A stretch of 20,000 bases of DNA from the IMG/VR virus record IMGVR_UViG_3300021306_000185; one strand, 5' to 3'. Origin of the DNA: an uncultured virus (IMG/VR IMGVR_UViG_3300021306_000185). Taxonomy: Duplodnaviria; Heunggongvirae; Uroviricota; Caudoviricetes. The position numbers were made by a program, and so were the translations under genes. Positions 7,273 to 14,900 of this stretch are shown in pieces. Under the pieces are notes generated by a model. That model did no database searches, had not been told where the DNA came from, and saw only the letters and a program-made list of their open reading frames with translations. Each line of letters opens with the position of its first letter. The stretch's first letter is position 1.

Positions 7273-9234
7273 TTACATCGCATAGTTCACATCATTTACG
7301 GCATCGATGAGGGCGCGGGCAACCATGTCGCGAACGTCGGTGGCTGTCTGTTGCATATTGGTAGTGGCCACGGTGAAGTTCTCCACCACCTTGTCGATGG
7401 TTATGTCGATGCGTTTTATTTGGCTCGACTGCGCAGTGGCTTTTGTAGCTGTGCCGTTAGCAGCGAGGTTGATGCCGAGCGGTCCGAGCTTCTTTTCCTC
7501 CTTCTTCTTGTTGTCGGCTTTGGTTTCGGCGGTCTTGTTGTCGGTGGCTTTGGTCTCTTCGGGCTTAGCAAGGTTGTGATCGATGCGCACCTCTTGCACC
7601 CAGTTAGCAGCCTTCTTAGCCCAATCCCACCCCGTGAGTTCGCCCACCCATCCGAGGAGCTTCTGCACAGGGCGCAGCAACACGTCCATAAGTACCTCGC
7701 CGATACGCTTCAGTCCGGCTATTATGCCCTCGTTTTTGAACGCATCTACAATGCTATCCCAATGCGTCTTGAATGCAAGAATCATCGAACCAAGCGGACC
7801 GAAGAGCATTAGAGCCTCGTCGCCCCATTTCTTGAAGGCTTCTATTACGAGATACACCACGCCGATAAGCGCCATGATGCCAAGCACTATCAAGACTATC
7901 GGGTTCATGCTCATAATTACATTGAACACCTTCTGTACAGCCGTCCACACCTTGGTTACGGCAATGACAACCTTTTGTGCCGCCGCTGTTTTCATCAGTG
8001 AAGTGCGTAGCATATTGAAGCGCAAACGCAACAGGCGAACCGACGCAAGCGGATTGAGAAGCACGCGACCCATGTTGTGGGTGACGGAAATAAAAGTTTT
8101 ACCTAACGCGCCCGCAAGTTTTGTGGCTTCACCAAGAGCGACAAACTGTTGTGCACCCTCCGACAACACTGTGGTCCACGCTGCTGCAGGTCCGAGGGCT
8201 GTACCTATACTTATCTTCAGGTCGTCGAACTGTGCGCGCGTAATCTCAAGTTGATGCGCCCAAGTGGCATTGCGGATTTCGGCTTGCTCTTGTGCGGCTT
8301 GGGTGTTGGTTACAGCGTCGGTCATATCGCGCACGGCATCGGCATTTTGAATGAGGTAAGTGGCTGCCGTTACATTGGCTATGCCGAATGTTTTGGCAAG
8401 AAATTCGGTGTCTTGCAGTTTAGGTCGCAAAGCCGCCAGTGCGTCCGAGAGGTCGGTTACCGAAGTGTCTACACCGAGTTTCGTTTTGAGGCTAAGCAGC
8501 ACGTTGCGTAGTGCCGTACCAGCCTCAGCGCCTTTGATGTTTGCACCGCCAAGCACTTCGAGTGCACCAGCCGTATGCTCCACATCTACGCCAAGGCTCG
8601 AAGCTGCTGCGCCTACCACCTTGAACGACTGTGCAAGGTCTACCACTTCGCTCGCTCCCACGCGGCTACCAGCGGCAAGCACATTCATAATGCGGTCGGC
8701 ATCGTTGGCGGCAAGTCCATATTGGCTGATGGTGGCGGCAAGCGAGTTGGCAGCATCGTCGATGGTGAGACCTGCCGCCTGTGCGAGGGTGGCACTCTTA
8801 TCGAGAATAAGCCCGATGTCGTCTACTGGAGCGTCCAGCTGACCAGCAAGCACCGAGAAGGCACGAGCCGCTTCGGCAGCACCAAGTCCGCTCTCTTTGC
8901 CTATCTGACGTGCCATCTCGCCTACGCGTTCAAGATCTTTGCCTGTCACGCCTGTTATGGCCGACAGGTCTGCCATACGCTGCTGAAACTCTATGGCAGG
9001 CGTTGTCGTCTGCATTATGGTGTCGCCAACGTGTTTTATAGCGTCTGAAGCCGTCTTAAATTTGAATAGAGAGTCGGTGGTTTTGTCGAAGACCTCTTTC
9101 TGCTTTTTTGCAGCATCGAGGACTTTCTTCACGGCGTTCTCTACACCCTCAATCGAGCCAGTTATATTCTGCACCGCACCTGTAACGTTGTCGACGAGTT
9201 GAAGTTTTAACTCTACTGTATTGTTATTGGCCAT
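7273..9234 (-). CDS. Tail tape measure protein (TP901-family core)
   Basis: 653 aa Ala-rich helical protein with 'MADLSAITGVTG', 'NVLAAGS', 'IKGAEAGTALRNVL', TM-like segments and Trp-spaced repeats. Lies downstream of the chaperone genes. Confidence 0.95.
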   Translation of the reverse strand: MANNNTVELKLQLVDNVTGAVQNITGSIEGVENAVKKVLDAAKKQKEVFDKTTDSLFKFKTASDAIKHVGDTIMQTTTPAIEFQQRMADLSAITGVTGKDLERVGEMARQIGKESGLGAAEAARAFSVLAGQLDAPVDDIGLILDKSATLAQAAGLTIDDAANSLAATISQYGLAANDADRIMNVLAAGSRVGASEVVDLAQSFKVVGAAASSLGVDVEHTAGALEVLGGANIKGAEAGTALRNVLLSLKTKLGVDTSVTDLSDALAALRPKLQDTEFLAKTFGIANVTAATYLIQNADAVRDMTDAVTNTQAAQEQAEIRNATWAHQLEITRAQFDDLKISIGTALGPAAAWTTVLSEGAQQFVALGEATKLAGALGKTFISVTHNMGRVLLNPLASVRLLRLRFNMLRTSLMKTAAAQKVVIAVTKVWTAVQKVFNVIMSMNPIVLIVLGIMALIGVVYLVIEAFKKWGDEALMLFGPLGSMILAFKTHWDSIVDAFKNEGIIAGLKRIGEVLMDVLLRPVQKLLGWVGELTGWDWAKKAANWVQEVRIDHNLAKPEETKATDNKTAETKADNKKKEEKKLGPLGINLAANGTATKATAQSSQIKRIDITIDKVVENFTVATTNMQQTATDVRDMVARALIDAVNDVNYAM

Positions 9235-9243
9235 AAATACTTA

Positions 9244-9251
9244 TATATTTG
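9244..9251 (+). promoter_or_regulatory. Bacteroidota -7 promoter element
   Basis: TATATTTG matches TAnnTTTG, 21 nt upstream of a small ORF at 9273. No exact -33 TTTG. Confidence 0.45.
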
Positions 9252-9272
9252 AAATGTGAATACGACAAAGTC

Positions 9273-9356
9273 ATGGTACTCTTCGTTTACATATTAACTG
9301 GAATTGGTTGTTGGTGTCTCTTCAAAGAGATGGGTATATTCGGCAATCGAGATTAG
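9273..9356 (+). CDS. Putative 27-aa hydrophobic peptide, antisense to the tail operon
   Basis: MVLFVYILTGIGCWCLFKEMGIFGNRD*, preceded by a TAnnTTTG element. Confidence 0.35.
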   Translation: MVLFVYILTGIGCWCLFKEMGIFGNRD

Positions 9357-9393
9357 ATGTAGCGTCTTGCAATTCCCTCTCAACGCAGAATTT

Positions 9394-9612
9394 TCAATCC
9401 TTTTTACTACCAAATAGCCTTCCGAGCATTTCTGCTTGGTTGCGCAGTCGCCATGTCTCTATCCAAAGGGATTCGGAGCACAGACGCGCCCACGTCTCTT
9501 CGTCGAGAGTAGACGGATCAAGGTGGAAGTTGGCACGTATTAGTGCATCGCCTTTGAGGAGTTCATCTTCCTCGTTGTCGGAGTCTACCTTGAGGGCAAA
9601 CTCCGTCAGACG
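9394..9612 (-). CDS. Tail assembly chaperone, frameshifted (gpT-like) extension
   Basis: The -1 frame after the slippery site reads RLTEFALKVDSDNEEDELLKGDALIRANFHLDPSTLDEETWARLCSESLWIETWRLRNQAEMLGRLFGSKKD*, with no ATG near its 5' end. Confidence 0.8.
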   Translation of the reverse strand, partial: RLTEFALKVDSDNEEDELLKGDALIRANFHLDPSTLDEETWARLCSESLWIETWRLRNQAEMLGRLFGSKKD

Positions 9613-9914
9613 TTTTTTATTGTAGCCTTGGCTGCGCCTACAATCTTCGAGAGTTCGCCCACAGTAGCCATGAAGAGCGAGGTGTCGCTTTTGACGGTGT
9701 CGGCACCACCCACGAAACAGTTTTCGAGCAGTATTTGAGAAGCTTTTATCTCGTCGGTTTTGGCCATTTTGGTCATGGCGCTGAGTGTGCCCATGTCGGG
9801 GCGGCGGAAGTAGGCAACGTATTGTTCGCCATCGTCTTCGGCTGTGATTTCGTAAATCTTACCATACTGAGCTTTGAGGCGGTTGATTTCGGCCTCGGTG
9901 AGTTGTCCGGTCAT
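9606..9914 (-). CDS. Tail assembly chaperone (gpG-like)
   Basis: 102 aa from ATG 9914: 'EINRLKAQYGKIYEI', 'AYFRRPD', 'LLENCFVGG'. Ends IKNV*. Confidence 0.85.
   Translation of the reverse strand: MTGQLTEAEINRLKAQYGKIYEITAEDDGEQYVAYFRRPDMGTLSAMTKMAKTDEIKASQILLENCFVGGADTVKSDTSLFMATVGELSKIVGAAKATIKNV
9612..9618 (-). other. -1 programmed ribosomal frameshift site A AAA AAC
   Basis: X XXY YYZ heptamer in the correct phase just before the chaperone stop, upstream of the tape measure gene. Confidence 0.85.
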
Positions 9915-9945
9915 TTCTTTAGTTATAAGTTTTGAGTTATTAGTT
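9915..9945 (-). repeat. Heptamer array abutting start codon
   Basis: Minus strand reads aactaat aactcaa aacttat aactaaa gaa ATG. Confidence 0.8.
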
Positions 9946-9953
9946 ACGTTCAG

Positions 9954-9971
9954 GCGGATTTGCAAATCCGC
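9954..9971. repeat. REP-like perfect palindrome GCGGATTTGCAAATCCGC
   Basis: Perfect 18-bp palindrome. Related copy at 15432-15448 with the same CTGAACG flank. Confidence 0.75.
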
Positions 9972-10073
9972 TCCAACGGCCACAAAGTTGCCGCCCGTGA
10001 ATCGTTGCGGGAAATAGTTGCGCCAATTTGGCTCACCTATTTTGCGGGGGTGTAGAGGCAATTCATTTTTGCC

Positions 10074-11015
10074 ATGAAAACAAAAACAACCTATTCCCTA
10101 ATGAAACGTATCGACCGTGAATTTTGCCTAACCGACAACTCCGTCAACTGCTATGGCTATCGCTTGCTTACTGATGGTATGGAACTCGACCGCTACCGAC
10201 CGCCAGTGGGTTTCCTTATGCACGACCGCGACAAAGGTGTTGCAGTGCAGTGGACCGACTTCCGCCGTGAAGGCGATGCTCTCTTTGCCGTTCCTATTGT
10301 CAACGACACACTCTTCCCCGACCTCGCCCAACAAATAGAGGAAGGCTTCATCAATGCTGCTTCGGTGGGCCATATCGTTGCGCTTGAGATAAGCGACGAC
10401 CTATCCGATAAACTCCCCGGACAAGATGGTCCAACAGTGAAACGTTGGTTCCCGCGCGAGATTAGTCTCGTTGATATTCCTGGCAACTACAACGCTCTGG
10501 GCCGACTTTATGACGAAAACGACAATGTGCTGCACGACCTTGCGGCGCGTATTAATAACCATAATAATATGAACTACAAAGAAATCTTTCCCGACCTCCA
10601 AAGCGAGGACGAAGAGGTGCTAAAGCCATATTTGGTAAACCTCAAGGCGAAAGCCGACCGCGCCGACGCTCTGCAAAAAGAGCTCGACAACCTCAAAGCC
10701 TCCAACGACCAAAACGCCGTGCAACAGATGCTCGAAAAGGCAGTTGCCGATCATCGCATCACTCAACAACTTGCCGACTGTCTGAAGAAAGACTACGTAG
10801 GCCGACTTGAAGCGCTACAAAACCTCCTTGCCGCTATGCCAGCCAAGAAGAGCGTGCCAACGCCAGAACCAAAACAAAGCAAAACCGACTTCGCTTCGCT
10901 CTCGTGGGACGAACTGGACCGCAAGAACCTTCTCGCGCAACTCAAAGCCGAAAACAAAGAGCTCTTCGAGAAGAAGTTCTTCGAGAAATTCGGTCAGAAA
11001 CTCAACCTCGAGTAA
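10074..11015 (+). CDS. Prohead protease with C-terminal scaffold domain
   Basis: 'FCLTDNSVNCYGYRLLTDG', 'FLMH', 'GFINAASVG', 'EISLVDIPGN' (HK97/Mu gpI-type protease), then a coiled coil and 'WDELDR...L..LK'. The start may be 10101. Confidence 0.85.
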   Translation: MKTKTTYSLMKRIDREFCLTDNSVNCYGYRLLTDGMELDRYRPPVGFLMHDRDKGVAVQWTDFRREGDALFAVPIVNDTLFPDLAQQIEEGFINAASVGHIVALEISDDLSDKLPGQDGPTVKRWFPREISLVDIPGNYNALGRLYDENDNVLHDLAARINNHNNMNYKEIFPDLQSEDEEVLKPYLVNLKAKADRADALQKELDNLKASNDQNAVQQMLEKAVADHRITQQLADCLKKDYVGRLEALQNLLAAMPAKKSVPTPEPKQSKTDFASLSWDELDRKNLLAQLKAENKELFEKKFFEKFGQKLNLE

Positions 11016-11113
11016 GTAAAAAGTAAAAGAGCAGAGCGTAGTGGGTATAGCGAAGTGCAGATACCGATGGCGCGTCTCTCGTAATTATTAATTCGTAATT
11101 CTTAATTCTAAAC
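11014..11113 (+). repeat. Bipartite heptamer spacer, related to 17150-17256
   Basis: aagtaaaaagtaaaagag, agcgtagtgggtatagc core, then aattatt aattcgt aattctt aattcta aac ATG. Confidence 0.75.
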
Positions 11114-11993
11114 ATGGCTTTACAGAAAGAAATTTGGCTCAACGACATTGTCGCACCCCTTTTTGCCGACAACACCTTTGCGGCACGCGCTATCAACCAC
11201 TCGGGCTTTGTGAACAACAAGACTGTCCACGTCCCCAATGCTGGTTCTGCCCCCTCTATCGTCAAGAATCGCTCTACTTTCCCTGCTCAGGCTGGCGGTA
11301 GAACCGACTCAGACCTCACCTACAACATCAACGATGTATACTTCCGATCCTATTCACATCACCAATGGCGAAGAGGTGGAACTCTCGTACGACAAACGCC
11401 AAAGCGTCATTGCTCAGATGCGTGCAGCTCTTGTCGATGCTGTGCATGGCGACATTGTGGACGCCTGGATAGACGGCGTAACGCCTACCATGAAGGCTAT
11501 TGCAAGCTTCGGCTCATCGGATGTGCTCGACCTTGCTACCACCTTCAACTCTCAAGATGTGCCGCAAACAGGACGTTGTCTTCTCCTCAACGCACAGGCA
11601 TATAGCCAACTGCTTGAAGACCTCACTCAGCAGCAGAGCCAAGCATTCCTTGCTTCTGCCGATGCTCAGAAAGGCACCGTGGGTGCCATCTATGGCTTCG
11701 ACGTCTATCTGCGTTCGTCTGTTTCGCCTGCCAATAGCAATGTGTATGCTGTGGCATGGCAACAAGAGTGCGTAAGCCGCGCACTTGGCAACGTGGATCT
11801 CTTCGTCGACGAAAAGAATCCGTCGTACTACGGCGACATCCTCTCGGCTCTCGTTCGCGCTGGTGGCGCTGCCATCCGTCAAGATGGCAAGGGCATAGCT
11901 GCTATCTCTGCAAGTGCACCAACCACCGAGGGTGATACTCAAGAGACCACCACCGAGGGTGATACTCAAGAGACCGACGGCGAAGGTGAGTAG
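11114..11993 (+). pseudogene. Major capsid protein copy 1, interrupted by a 1-bp insertion near 11335
   Basis: Homology to 13005..13805 switches frame at 'aac gaTg tat act tcc gat'. Removing one base gives DLTYNIN[E/D]YTSDPI, aligning with DVHYPVSEFSTSPI. Restored length 292 aa. Directly follows the protease. May be a sequencing error. Confidence 0.8.
11922..11975 (+). repeat. Perfect 27-bp tandem duplication (TTEGDTQET x2)
   Basis: accaccgagggtgatactcaagagacc at 11922 and 11949. Confidence 0.95.
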
Positions 11994-12051
11994 ACTGTGA
12001 CTGTTGATTTAGCTCACACTTAAATCATACACATTATACACTTTCTTTTCA

Positions 12052-12459
12052 ATGAGACCAATTACCGAAATAATAATCCACTGCACAGCCACGCGCGAGG
12101 GCCGCGATTTCTCTATCGAGACCTTTCGCCGTTGGCACCGCAAACGTGGGTTTTCCGACGTAGGCTACCATTACATCATACACCCTGACGGCTCGGTTAG
12201 CATAGGTCGTCCGCTTACCATAGCGGGCGCACACTGCACGGGTCACAACGCCAATTCAATAGGTGTGGCCTACGTCGGCGGCTTGGCCTCTAATGGAAAG
12301 ACGCCTAAAGACACTCGCACCGAGGCACAAAAGGTGGCTATGCGCAACCTCTTGCGCGAACTGCATACTCAGTTCCCTCGAGCCACTGTGCATGGACATA
12401 GCGAGTTTGCCAACAAAGCTTGCCCGTGCTTCGACGTGAAAGAATTGACAATGGAGTAA
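12052..12459 (+). CDS. N-acetylmuramoyl-L-alanine amidase endolysin (T7 lysozyme type)
   Basis: IIIHCTAT, VGYHYII, GAHCTGHNANSIGVAY, GHSE, KACP. No signal anchor. Confidence 0.92.
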   Translation: MRPITEIIIHCTATREGRDFSIETFRRWHRKRGFSDVGYHYIIHPDGSVSIGRPLTIAGAHCTGHNANSIGVAYVGGLASNGKTPKDTRTEAQKVAMRNLLRELHTQFPRATVHGHSEFANKACPCFDVKELTME

Positions 12460-12600
12460 AGAGTAGTGAGTAGAGTGTAAAGAGTAGTGTCGATACTATA
12501 TCTAACTACACTCAACTCTGAACTTTCAACTCTGAACTTTCAACTCTGAACTTTCAACTCTGAACTTTCAACTCGTAACTCTTAATTCATAATTATAAAG
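12455..12600 (+). repeat. Bipartite heptamer spacer including 4 perfect 14-mers CAACTCTGAACTTT
   Basis: gagtaaa/gagtagt arm after the stop, 14-mers at 12513, 12527, 12541 and 12555, running on to the ATG at 12601. Confidence 0.9.
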
Positions 12601-12762
12601 ATGTCTGTAATGAAATTCGTTCTAAGACTCATACTGCGCGACCTCATTGGTTTCGTGGTAGCCAACATCGGTTCTTGGATTGGTGCTGTAGGTGAAGGAA
12701 TGCAAAAATTCTACACCGACGACACCAAGAAGACCGAACAGACCGACACCGAGAAACAATGA
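12601..12762 (+). CDS. 53-aa amphipathic peptide (absent from ORF track)
   Basis: MSVMKFVLRLILRDLIGFVVANIGSWIGAVGEGMQKFYTDDTKKTEQTDTEKQ*. Sits directly after a heptamer array, like the bona fide genes. Confidence 0.7.
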   Translation: MSVMKFVLRLILRDLIGFVVANIGSWIGAVGEGMQKFYTDDTKKTEQTDTEKQ

Positions 12763-12905
12763 GAGGTGTCGTTCGCTTCATAGCCGCCGCAACCTTAGGG
12801 GTGGGCGGCTTACTTCTAACCTTCGTAGGCGACATGCTATCGACAGTGGGCGAAAGCAATTTCCGCCTATACTCAACGATTGATAAATGGGCGAAGGGGA
12901 ATTGA
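12759..12905 (+). CDS. 48-aa amphipathic peptide, paralogue of the preceding one
   Basis: MRGVVRFIAAATLGVGGLLLTFVGDMLSTVGESNFRLYSTIDKWAKGN*. ATGA overlap, and its stop coincides with the start of the next heptamer array. Confidence 0.7.
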   Translation: MRGVVRFIAAATLGVGGLLLTFVGDMLSTVGESNFRLYSTIDKWAKGN

Positions 12906-13004
12906 CAATTGACAATTGAGAATTGAGAATTGAAAAATACTCTAAACTCTAAACTTTCAACTCTCAACTCTAAACTTTCAACACTAAACTCGTAACTAAA
13001 CAAA
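12900..13004 (+). repeat. Bipartite heptamer spacer, near-copy of 14195-14298
   Basis: attgaca attgaca attgaga attgaga attgaaa, then aaactct aaacttt caactct ... taactaa acaaa GTG. Confidence 0.9.
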
Positions 13005-13805
13005 GTGGCACTAAACAAAGAACTATGGCTTAGTGAGATAATTGCTCCGCTACGCAACAATAATAGCTTCATACGTCGTTCGCTCGACCATTCGGCGTTT
13101 ATCGATGGGCGTCAGGTGCATGTGCCCTGCGCTATGGGCGAGGTGCAGGTGGCTAAAGACCGCGCCACGTTCCCTGCCACGCCAGGCAGTCGCGACGACA
13201 TCGATGTGCATTATCCTGTCAGCGAGTTTTCCACATCGCCTATACTTATTCCCTTCCGCGACCGCATAGAGCAAAACGCCAACGCGCGTGCTGCTACTAT
13301 ATCGCAGATGCGCGACAGACTCGAGGATGCCATCACCGAAGAGATAGTGTCGCGTTGGCTTGGCGGTTGCCAAACAAACGTGATTACAGGTGCCAGCATG
13401 GCCGACAACCTTCTTGTGGCTACCGACACCTACTTCAGTCAAAAGCGCCTACCGCGCACTGGACGTTGCTTGCTCGTGAAGCCAAGTCGATGGATAGAGA
13501 TACTCGACACCATCACCAGTAAGCCAATAAGCGTGGTGCTGCCACCGCCAAGTGTGCCTGGTGCTGCTACTAATCTCTTTGGCTTCGACGTATACATACG
13601 CCAAACCATCTCGGAGACTTATCCGAATGTGTATGCTATGGCTTGGCAACAAGACTGCGTAAGCCACGCCATTGGTGGAGACGAACTCTTTGTGGACGAA
13701 CGCAACCCGCTATACTATGGCGAAGTTGTTTCGGCTCTCGTGCGCGCTGGTGGCTCTCGCATCAACGTCGACAACGAAGGCGTGGTAGCATTTGCGGACA
13801 ATTGA
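13005..13805 (+). CDS. Major capsid protein copy 2 (intact paralogue)
   Basis: 266 aa, GTG start. Shares MAL.KE.WL, VHVP, R.TFPA, TGRCLL, GFDVY.R, NVYA.AWQQ.CVS and LFVDE.NP.YYG...SALVRAGG with copy 1. Confidence 0.8.
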   Translation: MALNKELWLSEIIAPLRNNNSFIRRSLDHSAFIDGRQVHVPCAMGEVQVAKDRATFPATPGSRDDIDVHYPVSEFSTSPILIPFRDRIEQNANARAATISQMRDRLEDAITEEIVSRWLGGCQTNVITGASMADNLLVATDTYFSQKRLPRTGRCLLVKPSRWIEILDTITSKPISVVLPPPSVPGAATNLFGFDVYIRQTISETYPNVYAMAWQQDCVSHAIGGDELFVDERNPLYYGEVVSALVRAGGSRINVDNEGVVAFADN

Positions 13806-13888
13806 TAGTTGATAATTGACAATGCACAATGCATAACTCGTAATTATAGACGCTCGTAATTCGTAACTCATAACTCGTAACTAAAGAA
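13800..13888 (+). repeat. Bipartite heptamer spacer
   Basis: aattgat agttgat aattgac aatgcac aatgcat ... aattcgt aactcat aactcgt aactaaa gaa GTG. Confidence 0.85.
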
Positions 13889-14200
13889 GTGGACACAATC
13901 GATATAATACGGACCATTGGTGAAGCGGTGCTCTCGTCGGGGCTGATAGCTTCACTGTTCACATTGCGCACAACCAAGCGCAAAGCCGAAGAGGAACTAC
14001 AAGAGATAAAAGCCACAAATGCCGACAGCATCTTGCGCACCAACGAAGAGTATATCGTAAAGCCGCTCAAACGCGAGATAAACGGTCTTCGAACCACAGT
14101 GCGCCAGCTGACTAAGGTGATTCAGAAGGCTCAGGAATGCCCGCATGCTGGCGACTGCCCTGTGCGCAACGAGATGCTGGATGTCTCGACAAACAATTGA
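13889..14200 (+). CDS. Holin-like protein (N-terminal hydrophobic helix, coiled coil, Cys pair)
   Basis: 'SSGLIASLFTLRTTKRKA', coiled coil and 'CPHAGDCPV'. Resembles Bacteroidota prophage lysis-region proteins. Confidence 0.55.
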   Translation: MDTIDIIRTIGEAVLSSGLIASLFTLRTTKRKAEEELQEIKATNADSILRTNEEYIVKPLKREINGLRTTVRQLTKVIQKAQECPHAGDCPVRNEMLDVSTNN

Positions 14201-14298
14201 CAATTGAGAATTGAAAATTGACAATTACTCTAAACTCTGAACTTTCAACTCTGAACTTTCAACTCGTAACTCTTAACTCATAACTCGTAACTATAGAA
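14195..14298 (+). repeat. Bipartite heptamer spacer
   Basis: attgaca attgaga attgaaa attgaca, then aaactct gaacttt caactct gaacttt caactcg taactct taactca taactcg taactat agaa ATG. Confidence 0.9.
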
Positions 14299-14775
14299 AT
14301 GAGCACATTAATGACACAACTCGGCACCTACATTGCCGGGAGGCTTCAAGGCATCAAAGACTATGCAGATGGGCTGATTACCATTTCCAACGCCGACCTC
14401 AAGGCTATCATCAAGACTTGCATTCAAGATGCTACCAATAGCTCTGCGTCCAACGGCATGGGCACCGAGACGAATGGCACAGGCCAAGGCGTGGTATACG
14501 CCGCCATCAACCAAGCCATATCCGATCTTATCGATGGTGCACCAGCGGCAATGGACACCTTGAAGGAACTTGCCGATGCCATAGAGGACAACGGCGACCT
14601 TATTGCTGCACTTCAGGCAGCTACGGGCAACCACACCCACAGCAACGCTACGCAATCGACCGCTGGCTTCATGTCCGCCGAGGATAAAACGAAGCTCGAT
14701 GGTTTGGGCACATACGCAGAGTTCGTTTCTGCATTCGAGACGGCATACGGTAGTAACAGTAATAGCAACAGCTAA
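14299..14775 (+). CDS. Fibre connector-like protein
   Basis: 'ISDLIDGAPAAMDTLKELADAI', fibre repeat 'HTHSNATQSTAGFMSAEDKTKLDG' and C-terminal 'LGTYAEFVSAF'. Confidence 0.8.
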   Translation: MSTLMTQLGTYIAGRLQGIKDYADGLITISNADLKAIIKTCIQDATNSSASNGMGTETNGTGQGVVYAAINQAISDLIDGAPAAMDTLKELADAIEDNGDLIAALQAATGNHTHSNATQSTAGFMSAEDKTKLDGLGTYAEFVSAFETAYGSNSNSNS

Positions 14776-14786
14776 GCCTAATACCT

Positions 14787-14897
14787 ATGAATACACTTGA
14801 ACAGATGGCGCAATACTTGGCTACGGTGATAGCCGAATTCAACACTCGTATAGAGGCTCTGAATGCACGCATAGCAGCCCTCGAAGGCGAAAAATAG
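14787..14897 (+). CDS. 36-aa coiled-coil microprotein (absent from ORF track)
   Basis: MNTLEQMAQYLATVIAEFNTRIEALNARIAALEGEK*. Fills the gap between two genes and resembles the N-terminus of 14901..15392. Confidence 0.7.
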   Translation: MNTLEQMAQYLATVIAEFNTRIEALNARIAALEGEK

Positions 14898-14900
14898 CCA

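Noticed and set aside
7307..9202. Plus-strand ORFs inside the tape measure gene, and similar shadow ORFs elsewhere
   Set aside because: Antisense or out-of-frame shadows of well-supported genes with no recognisable motifs.
9915..10061. N-terminal extension of the chaperone ORF (start 10061)
   Set aside because: It runs through the palindrome and heptamer array. ATG 9914 has the same leader as other genes.
11114..11605. ORFs 11114..11605 and 11238..11993 as two separate genes
   Set aside because: They are the two halves of one frameshifted capsid gene, as shown by alignment to 13005..13805.
12644..13072. 142-aa minus-strand ORF with 'ELRVES/FSIVNCQ' repeats
   Set aside because: It is a translation of the heptamer arrays and antisense to the peptide and capsid genes.
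12455..14298. CRISPR array
   Set aside because: Repeats are 7/14-bp tandem units without unique 30-40 bp spacers, and no cas genes are visible.
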